Part shown: one piece after another, positions 37,656-48,798 of the stretch | Layout of the letters: each line of letters begins with the position of its first letter | How positions within the stretch are numbered: position 1 is the first letter of the stretch | Assembly: GCA_013265495.1 (NCBI GenBank) | Contig: MU062380.1 | Span: 6,762,542-6,826,541, forward strand | Origin: Vicugna vicugna | Taxonomy: Eukaryota | Reading direction: 5' to 3' | DNA: 64,000 nt | Translations under genes and position numbers: made by a program | The notes under the pieces: generated by a model | What the model was told of the DNA's origin: nothing | The model's input: only the letters and a program-made list of their open reading frames with translations | Databases searched by the model: none

Positions 37656-39953
37656 TAAGTCTTGAAAATACAATTGTTTTTCTAGAGAGAATCCCATTTT
37701 TAATGTTCTGACTTCTGTTTGTGATGACCAAAGCTTTTGCTACTTCTCTGAAAAACAACCTCACAATTAATAGAAGTACTGACCTATATTATAGCCTGTC
37801 TTGATGAGGCATTCAGTCACTAATGGTTCCTTTACTGTGCGATACTCACAGGTAGTAAATCCTATTAAAAGTGTCCAACATGATCGTAGGCATTGTTTTT
37901 CCTTTAGATTTGAGTGCTAAGAAGCCTATTTGACTAGAGCCACCTTGTCTAAACTATTCATCTTTTACAGGAAGCTTATAAAGTACATTCAGAACCAGGC
38001 TAAATACTGTTTACCTCACTTTGAGCATGTTTTATTGAACAAACCTAAATTAATTTCCCTCTAGTTGGTCTCTTACTTTGACTAGAATCTAGATAATCAC
38101 TGTCAGTTACAGAGATTTGTTATAATTTCCACTCCATCTTTTTCTGTATTTAAAAATATACATGTCCTCTGAGATACGAGTGAGCTACATAAGTATTAAC
38201 AAAAGAGTTTTTGAGGGGCTTACGGAAGAGTCAACATGATTCCTGCCCACTCTTGGCAATCACCTCTTTTGGAGTTATGAGTGTAAAGTTGCCTTCAGTT
38301 CTGTTTTGCTGTGTATTAGCATGGTTTTAACTTGTCAGGAGAGGTTCTCCACCTCCTCTGTGCACAACTGCAGAAGAACACTGTAGGCATCCCTCTGAGC
38401 CTTTACCAGTGCTTTTCTCACACTATCAATTAAATGAGAAATATTATTACAGCATTTAAATGAAGCTATCAAGCAACTTAATATTTTCCACCCACCTGCA
38501 TTTACCAAAAGCAGTTTTGCTCCCACTCACTCACCTGCCACTCATGTCCTTAGGTTAAGAGAATGTGCATTTGTACTTACAGACCAGCATATTCTGAGAT
38601 GGCATATAGTCACAGTCATTAAGCCTGGAAGGAATGTGTGAGGAAACAAAGATAAGAGAAACAGAGAGTAATTACTCTAGCTTGTAAGCAGTAGGGTTTC
38701 ATAGGAAATAACAGGAAAGGTAAGGAAAGGGATAATTGTAAAAAAAAAAAAAGGGAAAGAAATACCGTGTTCAGAGATGAAGAAACTTATGTCAGAAAGA
38801 AATAGATTTGATAGAAAGTGAGGAAAGAAAATGGATACATAGACATAAGATATAGTTAAATCTTAATGTCTTTGTAATGGATGGTTGTCTGATTTCTCTT
38901 TTTGTGATTTATGATGTATTTAGCACACTCATACTCCATGTCCAGCTTGGGAAATAGATCAATGGCACTATATTGAAGATGCCAGTGGTTGTGGTTTCTC
39001 TAGTTTAAGTCCTCAGATACACGTATTCAAGAAATACAGGATTTTATTGGGCTATGCCCTTACCTTTGATTCTTCTAATGAAAGGATACAATTATCTTAC
39101 TCTTAATCTAATCAGTTGCTATTGAACAGGTTGTTAACATCTAATGTGCCAATTGGAAATGTTAGGTAAGACATAGGAGTAATTGTTTCAGGTACAAGAT
39201 GTGCCAGCTGCCTTATTCCCAAAGTCTGGCAGATCAAATCAATCCACCCCTCCCCCACATTTTTATTTTTGTGATGGGCTAGGCAATGCAGATGGCTAGA
39301 AGGTGACTCAAGGAGACAAGGTGTGGTGTAATTGATAAGAAAGGTTCAAAAAATATTATGATATGACAAAGCAAATAGGTATTTGACTTTGGTACCTAGA
39401 ATTATTCCCTAATCCCAACCACCATTATTAAGGCAAAGCAGGGAGGGTAAACCTTATAAGCACAGAATCGATCTACCATTTCTGAACTTCTAGCCCTTAA
39501 CACCAAGTAGCTATGTATCAATAAATGTTTTTCTAAATTAATAAATGAGGAAATGCATTTCTTCTCAGGTACTTCATCCAAACCTTCTTGGAGATTATAT
39601 GCCTGGATTTCTTTGATCCTTTGAAGCTTTCCTCCATATTTTCTTAAAACTTTTTATTCATTTATGTAAAAAACGTATGTAGGAAGATATTGAATGACAA
39701 TTCTATGTGCAGATAAATATGAATGGCCATTGAAAGACACAGTGATAAATAGTCTGAGTAATCAGTGTCAAAAACTATTGCTGGAAAAATACACTGATGC
39801 TCATTGCTTGTCAATCCTGGTCTTCGCCTTCATGAAAAGTTGACAAGTTGTAGAAAGAGATGCTTTTCACAGAAGTGAGATTCTGACTTTAAGGAAATAC
39901 AGTCTGTCTTGGCCCACTTCATTAGAAAAACAACAATGAAAAAAAAGTTTACT

Positions 39954-40264
39954 ACAGTAGGACCTTGTTGTTTATCTATTTTGTACTTAGTAGTTTGTAT
40001 CTGCTAATCCCCAAATCCTAATTTATCTGTCCCCTCCCCTTTTCCCCTTTGAAAACCAAAAGTTTGTTTTCTATGTACATGAGTCCATTTCTATTTTGTA
40101 AATAAGTTCATTTGCGTCATTTTTTTAAGATTCCACATGTAAGTGATACTGTATGATATTTGTCTTTCTCTGTCTATGTTACTTCACTTAGTATGATAAT
40201 ATCTAGGTCCATCCATGTTTCTGCAAATGGCATTATTTCATTTTTTATGGCTGAGTAATATTCC

Positions 40265-40296
<32 letters not shown>

Positions 40297-40454
40297 AGGT
40301 TCCTACTGTATGGGACAGGGAATTATATTCAATAGTTTGTAATAACCTATAATGAAAAAGAATATGAAAAAGAATATATAATACATATATAACTGAATCA
40401 CTATACTATATACCAGAAACTAATACAACATTGTAAATCAACTATACTTCAATT
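39954..40454. mobile_element. 5'-inverted (twin-primed) artiodactyl-type L1 3' end
   Basis: 39954-40265 is antisense L1 and 40297-40454 is the sense L1 3' end; 15-bp TSD AAAAAAAAGTTTACT (39939-39953) vs AAGAAAATGTTTACT (40455-40469). Confidence 0.9.
40266..40295. repeat. Perfect (AC)15 microsatellite
   Basis: Counted directly; lies at the L1 inversion junction. Confidence 0.97.
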
Positions 40455-40794
40455 AAGAAAATGTTTACTTCAAGTAAACTGCAGATTTGTTCTGCAGGAT
40501 ATTGTCTTAGAACTCACCATCCTAAGGACTAAATCTAAGGAGACTCTCATTGAATTCCTGCCTCCAAGTTCTATTCCCTAGTGTTTTACTTTCCTAAGGC
40601 CTAAGTGTTCAAGTCCCACCTCAAAGCTGCTTAAGAGCATAGCTATGTAGTGTTTATACAATGTAGGTACTTAGAGCTAGGTCGACCTCTGACACCTGTT
40701 CTGTATTACCAAGACGATATGATTGGTCTGACACAGGGTGATCCCATGGTGCTGTGTTGAAGAGAGGCCAAAACTATATATCTTTATTATTTTT

Positions 40795-40940
40795 TAATAC
40801 CTTTATTGTGGTATAATTCCTATACAGTAAACCACCCATATTTCAGATATACAATTTGGTGAATTTTGATAGATGTATACACCTATGAAACCACCACCAC
40901 AGTCAAGATAGCTGACATTTCCATCACTCCCCAAGAGGTC
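40795..40940 (-). mobile_element. Short L1MB-type 3' end
   Basis: ctttattgtggtataatt...tacaatttggtgaattttgatagatgtatacacc...catttccatcactcccc; TSD TCTTTATTATTTTT (40781-40794) vs TCTCTATTATTTTT (40941-40954). Confidence 0.85.
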
Positions 40941-41984
40941 TCTCTATTATTTTTGCCATTAGAAAAGCTTTAGCCTCTTGATTCTTTGTGCTTATATCAT
41001 ACCAAAAATTATATTCTTTTAGGACCTATTAATTCAAGCGGAAATGATCTTTACACAATAATTGATGGATTAATTAATTAACTAATTAAAATATATTTTA
41101 TACATAATGTAAATGTACTTTAGCATAGAAGAGAACTACTAAACTCGAAAGTATTATGTATCATAGTCTCTGTTCTCAAAAAATTTTAAATATAACTTGA
41201 AATGTGATATTTTATAGTAACTACCATTGAAAGGCTCAAATAAACCAAAATTTCTTTCATGGAAGCTAAATTTTCTTTAGTATGGCAAAAGAAATTTTAT
41301 ACATGGTAAGATATCAAAGGCAGATGGGCAGATATTTAAATATAATCCGAAGTTTATAACTGGACTATTTACTTCTTTACATCCTACATAACTACAGAAG
41401 TACTCTCTGGTGGGGAAGAATAATTACCAAATACATTTTTCAAATCCCTGTTTGTTTTATTAACAATTCTTAGCTTTATATTTGTATATATTACTAGTTT
41501 TAAAATTATACTGATGCCATAGCACCTATCATTAAAATATAATGTGTGAACGCTTCACATTTTTATTTCATAGTAGGAACTTTTATTCAGTCAACATTTT
41601 TGTATAGAAACAAGTCTGCATAAAGACAGAATGTCTTTCATCTAATACATCACTCTTGTCAGAGTTTAAAAAAGCATTCCAGCTGGTGAATTTATTATTG
41701 TATTCTAGCACTGAGCATAACTAATGGGCTTCATTTTTTTTATTCTCCCATCAGATGTAACTTGGCATAACGAGGCTAACTTTCCTTCCAAATGTGGGGA
41801 CGATCTTAGGCTTCTGTGCCATTTCTTTTGTGTATCCTTATGATTGAGATTAGTGTCTTATTCTTAAGGCATCTAGACCCTTATCGTCCAACAACTCTCC
41901 TATAGTCATATATCCTCACACATGAGCTCCCTGCTGGAGTCCAGCAAATACCTACAACTGAATGCAGACCCACACTAAATGAAG

Positions 41985-42440
41985 GGACTTGGCCTGCCAG
42001 CATCCATTTTTCTTTATTCTTGTAAAAACGGCTAGCTTTCTCTTTGGGGAATTGTCACCCCTGCATTCCACCTGTTGCTATTTAGGCTGTGAAACATGGA
42101 GCCTTCTCAGTCTTGATTAGGGGGACTGGACACAACAACTCTTCTCAGCGTTTTGAATATGGAGTATGCTGGCAGCTCAGGAGTATGGAGCAGGATGGGA
42201 AGTGATTGGAACTCGTGCATCCTGGAGAGACCTAAGGAGACCCTCCATGGGTTTCTGCCTCCACATTCTCTGAAGCTTCCTTAGTATTTTTACTTTCCTT
42301 GAGGCCTGGGTGTTCAACTTTTTTTTTTTTAATTCTCTGTCTTATCTTGTGAAGCCAGTCAGTTCTATTTTTCTTTCCCCCTTATGTTACCCCTAGTGGA
42401 AATTTTCTGTTGCTTTCAACGAAGAACATAAACTGATATA
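41985..42440 (+). mobile_element. MaLR solo LTR (MLT1K/L-like)
   Basis: ggcctgccagcatccattttt...ctttggggaa...; ends ttctgttgctttcaacgaagaacataaactgata. Confidence 0.6.
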
Positions 42441-44869
42441 AAAAATTTTTTAGATTGTGTTTTCAGGGTTTATTTATTATTTATTTATATTAACTTTGGA
42501 ACAAGATCATTGGGCCCAGTGGTTGTAAAGCTTATCTAAAAATCCATGCAGCATATATATAAAATTGGTCTTTTAAAAAAACCCATCCAGTTTGCAACTT
42601 GACCATCTCTTTGAGGACTGTACTCGGTACAGGAACATTTCATTTTATTGTCTTGTAGTGTACTGGGTGAATTATGTTTTTAAATTGCTAGATTGGGCTT
42701 TTCTGAATGATTTAGTTACCACTGTACATGGTTTGGGATTATCTGCTTTATTCCTTAAACCTGTAAGTGTTGTCCATGATGAATATTTGGAGTAATCTCA
42801 ACAGGATACTCATTGTCTTTTCTGAACTTGAAAAGACTTTGATTTCATGAAGTCTCCAGTGATTTCACAAAAGATTTGTATTTGTCAAAGAAAATTCTGG
42901 TAATTTACTTTTCAGGGAAAATGTTGAGAAGAATTACTTTTTAATAAAATATAACCAATTTTTCCATTTAATTACACAGAGATTAATTAAATGAGTAAAA
43001 TCTGCTTTTATCTCATTATAAAATTATAATTTTCAGCATTAACTTTAAAAAGTAATATCAAGTAGTCAGACCTAGTGATCATGTTTGGCAATTTGATGAT
43101 GTTGCTGTGAGGTTACATAAAGTCCTAACTGTTTAGGTCTATAATCATAAGAAACTGACTTTCTATGGAAATAAAATTTAAAAATATATTTTCATATAGT
43201 AAGTCCTAATCAGAAGGAATGCTTATTTTTTTCAAAATAAGAATTATCTTAAAAGAAAATGCAAAGCAGACTATATGAATTTTCTTGTTTTCTCATTGCA
43301 GCTGTTACTCAGATCTTAAAATTCAGAATCTACATGCACATATACATGTGGAAAACAAATCTGTGCTGAACCCAAGTTATCTTTATACAGTGGATTTCAT
43401 TTTATAAAATCAATAGCCAGTAGATTCAGCTACTTATTTGAATTAATATAGAAGCCAGTTATATATTATTACATGAGAAACCAACAACATCCACAGTGGA
43501 ATGCTGAGAAATTAGTCACATCATTTAGATGTAAGTCTTGTGTGCATTTACTCAGTCTTCTGAATCCTCTCTTCCTCAAGGAAATATTACACAGACACAC
43601 ATACACAGAGCACTTTTCCTGAAGCCTTAGAAGTCTGTGGCTTTCTTTCCCCATCTTCCCTTACAGAATTACAAGACCATTGATGGTGCCCTCAGTGTCT
43701 ACAGGGCTCCATTTCCTTGGAGAATGCATGGATACTAGATATATTTCCTCTGGCAGACCCTAAGGCAACCACTGTAAAATTCTGCATGCCCATGAAATGC
43801 TCAATTCAGCTTTAAACTTGTAGGATCTTTTCAAGCCCTCTGAGCGCTAACAATTTTTTTTTATCATTCTGTGATCTAGGTACAAGGAAATATTTAAGCA
43901 CCTTCATTGCCAAGGAAGAGCCATGGGAGCTATGATTCTATCAACCCAACAAAGGCTAACTCATAGCAAGATATTTGATAATTAGCAGAACCGTGGCTCA
44001 GACAGGAGTGGAGACAGCTAAGCCTGGAATGGCTAGAGCTCCTGGTCAATGTGTTTCTAAAAAGGTGGTTACATTAGGATACTGGCAGAGAGGCAGGTAG
44101 TGTCAGCAAAGTCTGCAGGTTGCATCCAGGTATTTGATCCTAGGCATGTCTGCTTTGGATTTTGATCCAAGAATGGTCTTAGGAAGGATCCGGGATGTAT
44201 GACTGGGAGGGACAGAATAATCACTTAATTTCAGAATTTGGGTATGAAGGTGAAGCAAGACCAACAATTCTGTTAGCTCAGATTCCTTGAAATGTTCCCT
44301 GGCCAGTGTTAAATGTAAATGTTGGTGTTAAGTGGTTCCAGTTTAAAGGTTAAAAGGAAAGGGTGGGAAGAGTTCTAGCAGATCCTGATAATATTGTTTA
44401 CAGCCAAACTCTGTTAGTGATATTCTAGCTGTTAAGTTCAGAAAAAAATAAACCATTGAATGGATCTGCTGTTGAGGTATTTTAGAAGCTCTTCTACAGT
44501 GATTTTTATGAACTTTCTCCTAATTGAATCATTTGGTTAATAGTCTCAAATTATTATTTCCTGAAGTGGGTCTCATCATGTATAATCCACTGCTTATGTG
44601 AATATGCACTTATCTGTAAACTTTCAGTGGAATTTACATAACTAAGACATTCCATTGTATTAAAATATGGCATGGAAAATGAATTTTATGACTTATTACA
44701 TAATGTCCCGATACCCACACTTATCCGCTTTTCCCCTTCTCCCATTTTTGTATTGTCACTGGGCTGGATAGTAGCAGAAGGAGGTACGTTTTATTCTAAT
44801 TTCAGCTTAATTTTAAAGATTCATATATAACAATGCAATTTAGTGCCAAATTGTAGTGTCCTCTACATG

Positions 44870-45030
44870 CACTGGATTATCTAAGGAGCTGTAGAAAAAC
44901 CCACATTGTGGGAAGACTTGATTCCTGCCTTCAAGGTGTGTACAGTCCTGTTAAGGAAATAAAACTTGTGACCATGAAGCAATTAAATAACAATACCAAG
45001 ACAGTTTATAATAAAGTGCTAAATTAAATA
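44870..45030 (-). mobile_element. L2 3' fragment
   Basis: gacttgattcctgccttcaaggtgtgtacagtcctgtt...aaagtgct. Confidence 0.6.
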
Positions 45031-47799
45031 TCAAGTACCATAATTATATGGTTCAAACTCTTAACTCTTATGGGCAGAACTAGCCTGAGTTAATTGATCA
45101 TTTTGAATAATTCAGCAAGAGTAGAGGAATATAATTTATCTTTGTCTTAATTTTCCCAGTTAGGTCACCCAGCCCTTTTTATAACTTAATCACATTCCCA
45201 GACGTATGGCATTATTAACCCTCATTTCCTCTGGTTTGCCTGCAGCTACATCTCTGTCTCAGTAGCCTTATGTTTTCACTTAAGTATCATACCCAGGTTG
45301 ACCAGAGGTCAAACTAGAACTAATCACCACCATCCAGAAAGTATTTTGAACACAAGAACAAGTAGTCAAGACTCTGAGGGTACAAAGCCCGGCCGAATGA
45401 ATTTTAGAAAGTGAACTATATTCATAATCTTAACCGGGTTGGAAATGATATTATTCCAAATCCTATAAAAAGGTGCAAGCATTTCTGTGTAGGTAACTAA
45501 TGACAAAGGGAAAAAACTAAACAAACTTAGGACAGGGTTTGAGTCAGTCCTCACTGGGACAAATAACCTATGTATATACACTAAGAGACCCCATGAAAGT
45601 CCTTTTACTGCATCGTATAAGGCAGTAAAACAGTTGATGCTTGCTGGAATGGAATATTTGTGGACTAAAAAAAATAATTAATTGATGTATTTTATAATTA
45701 GTTACAAGAAAAACTATTAGAACGAAAGCACGTGTTAGTGATTAAAGAGATAGTTATTTGAATGTTTTACTTTCAGGCAAACCACAGTCTCTGGAGAAGC
45801 GAGGTAAAGGAAGTCTGTATTTTTATTTAACAGAATATTTCCATATTAGACCTTAAAACTTCAAAGGAGATTTATTTAATGACCCACTGTTAGAGCTGTC
45901 TCTAGCTCACACTATAAACAAGGCTGGTTCGCCTTTTCCCACTCCTGACCTCACCTGTGCCTTCTGTTGCTGGTTCTCAGTTTCTCTTTGCACTGCCCTC
46001 CACGAGGGGCCCCTGGCTCCCCACCAAACACTCCCATTCCACTTGGCCTTGACTGAGAAGTCTTGTGCTCTGAAACTGTCTCACCTCCTTTCCCATCCCA
46101 GCTCTCTCTTTGTACACATTATCAGAACCTTATTCTCATCCAGATATTTTGATAACCAACTCCACATTCATGCTAAGTGGTTTTTAAAGAGTCCCCTCTG
46201 TTGAAAATTAACCTTAATGGTGGAAATGTCAGAGAAGTCAGGATCTTTTAGGACAGGTGGAACTTTTTGCTTAAATACCTAGAGTAGAGGTCTGCGTTCT
46301 GAGTGTACATTTGGGGAACCCTGATTAACCTTTTAAGCAAATTACAGCACTGATGAAAAATCATGTTGTGAGGTCTAAAGGGTTAGCTAAAATCGCCTCT
46401 GACTTCATCGCCCATATTTTCATGCTCTGTTACCTGAAAGAAGATAATATCCACATGTTGCCGATATTGGTATATTGAAATAAGGAGCTAGTTGGTGTTT
46501 GTCCCTGAGAAGAAATGAGATAATGTCTTTGGCTTCTGGTTAGTACTGCTCTTGAACATTTCAAGAGCTCCACATGTATGTACCTAAATCTAGAGTGAGC
46601 CAGAGCGGCCAGTTAGGAGGGAATGGTACCAGACAGCAGTAGCATCTTTCACGTTTTCAGCAGCAACGCAGATAAAAAGACCACAGCTTTGGGGGCTGTG
46701 CTTCTATTTATCTAATGAGTTCATCACTGCCACCCATTCTTAGTTTTCAGTGGTGTATTCTTCTAATCAATAGAAAATGTCCATTTAGTCCAGGCTGAGG
46801 AGCTCTGTTTCTATGCAGTTGAGAAAGGGCGTAATCACACATCATGTGAGAGCTAGGGATGGACGGGAACACATGTGAATATGGTGCTGACTCTGGAAAA
46901 TTCTTTAGGATCCCTTCCTGACACAGCAAAGGCCAACCCCTTCTGCATTTCCCTTGTCAGGTGCTGAAGCCAGCTTTCCATTATTCAGAGGCTGAGGCCT
47001 CTGAGGTGTCCTCATTCTGTTTCTTCTCCCTTCAGATGTTTAGCTTTTGATCATTTGCCTATTTCACAGCACCTCCACTGGAGGGTGGGGTACAGAGAAG
47101 AAACAAAGGCACATTTCAAACTAATCATCAATTGTATGGTGTGAAGGACACGGCAGGTGTGCTGCCTTCACTGTCAGTACTGTGGCTCTTTTTTATACTC
47201 TCCTCCCCCAAGCCAACTCCCACATCCTTCCTTCTTTTATTGGAACTGTTTCCACAGACTCTCAGGCAGTCTTCAGGGCTACAAGAGGAAACGTCTTTAC
47301 AAAAAGTACTGAGCATGTTCTTTAGGTAAATTCATTGAATACAAATTGGTGTCTAGTATACGTTGTCGGAAATTAAAATGTGTGTGCCCTCAACCAATAT
47401 TTGACCTCTGTTGGCCTCAGTTGCCTTATCTGCCAAACCCTGGAGAGTACTTGTGTGATACCTGGACACGTTATTATTTCAGTTCCGCCTGTGTTTACTG
47501 AGCACCTACTATGCGTGGTGTCAGGAAATATATTAATCTGATTTTTGGTATTTCCCATCCCTCCATTTACTTCTTCTTTGCTCTAATTTGCTTAATTTTA
47601 ATGTCAAAAGTAACATTTGTACCAGTAAAATATGAAAAGAAGGCTTTCATAACCTTCCTTACCCTTGACCCCTCCCCATCTCGATCCTTCCTGAAGTTAT
47701 TAAATTTAATACTGTGGTATATTCTCTATTATGTTTCTTTATGTTCATACAAAATATACAAACATATACACATGATCAGAAAACATAGAAATATACTTT

Positions 47800-48130
47800 A
47801 ATTTTCACCTCTTTTTAGGATTCTGCTCAAATATCTCTTTTTCCCCTGAGAGATATGTCCTAATCACCCTATTTAAAATTAGGATTCCTCCAACCACCAT
47901 TGCCTCCTAAGGTGCTCCCAATGTGTAACCACACTGCTTGATTTTTTTTTCCCTCCAGCATTTATCACCATCAGACATACTGTATGTTTTGTTTTTTTGT
48001 GGGCCCCTCTCCACTAGAATGTAAGCTGCTTGAGGGTCACATTTTGTGTCTGTTTTTATTACCACTGTAATTCAGTGCTATAATACTGTCTGGCCGTCAG
48101 TGCTCCAAAATTATTTGTAGAACGATTATT
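47800..48130 (+). mobile_element. L2a 3' end
   Basis: ctgctcaaatatc...accctatttaaaatt...agcatttatcaccatcagacatactg...ccactagaatgtaagctgcttgaggg. Confidence 0.85.
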
Positions 48131-48134
48131 TGGT

Positions 48135-48289
48135 TATTTTGTTTTGTTTTTAATTTTTTTTCTTTTGGGGAGGGAGATAATTAGGTTTATTTATTACTTA
48201 TTTATTTTTTAGTGGAGGGACTGGGGACTGAACCCAGGACCTTGTGCATGCTGAGGAGACACTCTACCATTGACCTATAACCTCCACCC
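48135..48289 (-). mobile_element. tRNA-Ala-derived SINE, camelid Vic-1 type (second copy)
   Basis: Reverse complement ggttataggtcaatggtagagtgtctcctcagcatgcacaaggtcctgggttcagtccccag...aaataaacctaattatctccctcccc; same architecture as 21383-21520. Confidence 0.88.
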
Positions 48290-48554
48290 TCTATTTTGGT
48301 TTTTAAATAGTGAAATGATACTGAGAAAGTAAGTCTATAGTTTGCTTTTCATACTGAACAACCCAAGCAAAGACAATAGATACATATCTAACTCATTAAA
48401 AAAAATTTAGTATATCATGTTCCACAATATGGATTATGTATTTAACCATCCTCATCTTGATGGACATCCAGTAGTTCCTTTTTTTTCCCTCTGGGAAACA
48501 ATATAATACACTTTCAATATAATCCTTGTGTGTTGCTGCTTTTATTTCTAAATC

Positions 48555-48798
48555 GTAATAATAATAGCTGTTTTTGACTGCTTTTAGGTCAGAACTTTTC
48601 TAAGCATGTTATGTTTATTTCCCACAGTCCTATACAGTAGGTTTAGTTTTTATCCCAATATAGTGGGATACAGCAGAGGGAACTGAGGTCCAGGGAGTTT
48701 AAGTAACTTGCCCAAAGTCACACTTCTGCTACAAGGCTGAGCCACGATTCAAACACCAGCAGTCAGTATACAGAGCCTGCTCTCCTAACCATTATGCT
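48555..48798 (-). mobile_element. Near full-length MIR
   Basis: aataataatagct...gagggaactgaggtccagggagtttaagtaacttgcccaaagtcacac...gattcaaacacc...ctctcctaaccattatgct. Confidence 0.9.

Larger units (their letters stand above)
47620..48550 (-). mobile_element. Old L1ME-like 3' fragment interrupted by L2a and a SINE
   Basis: Pieces at ~47620-47795 and ~48310-48550 (atttaaccatcctcatcttgatggacatcc...aatataatccttgtg). Confidence 0.5.
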
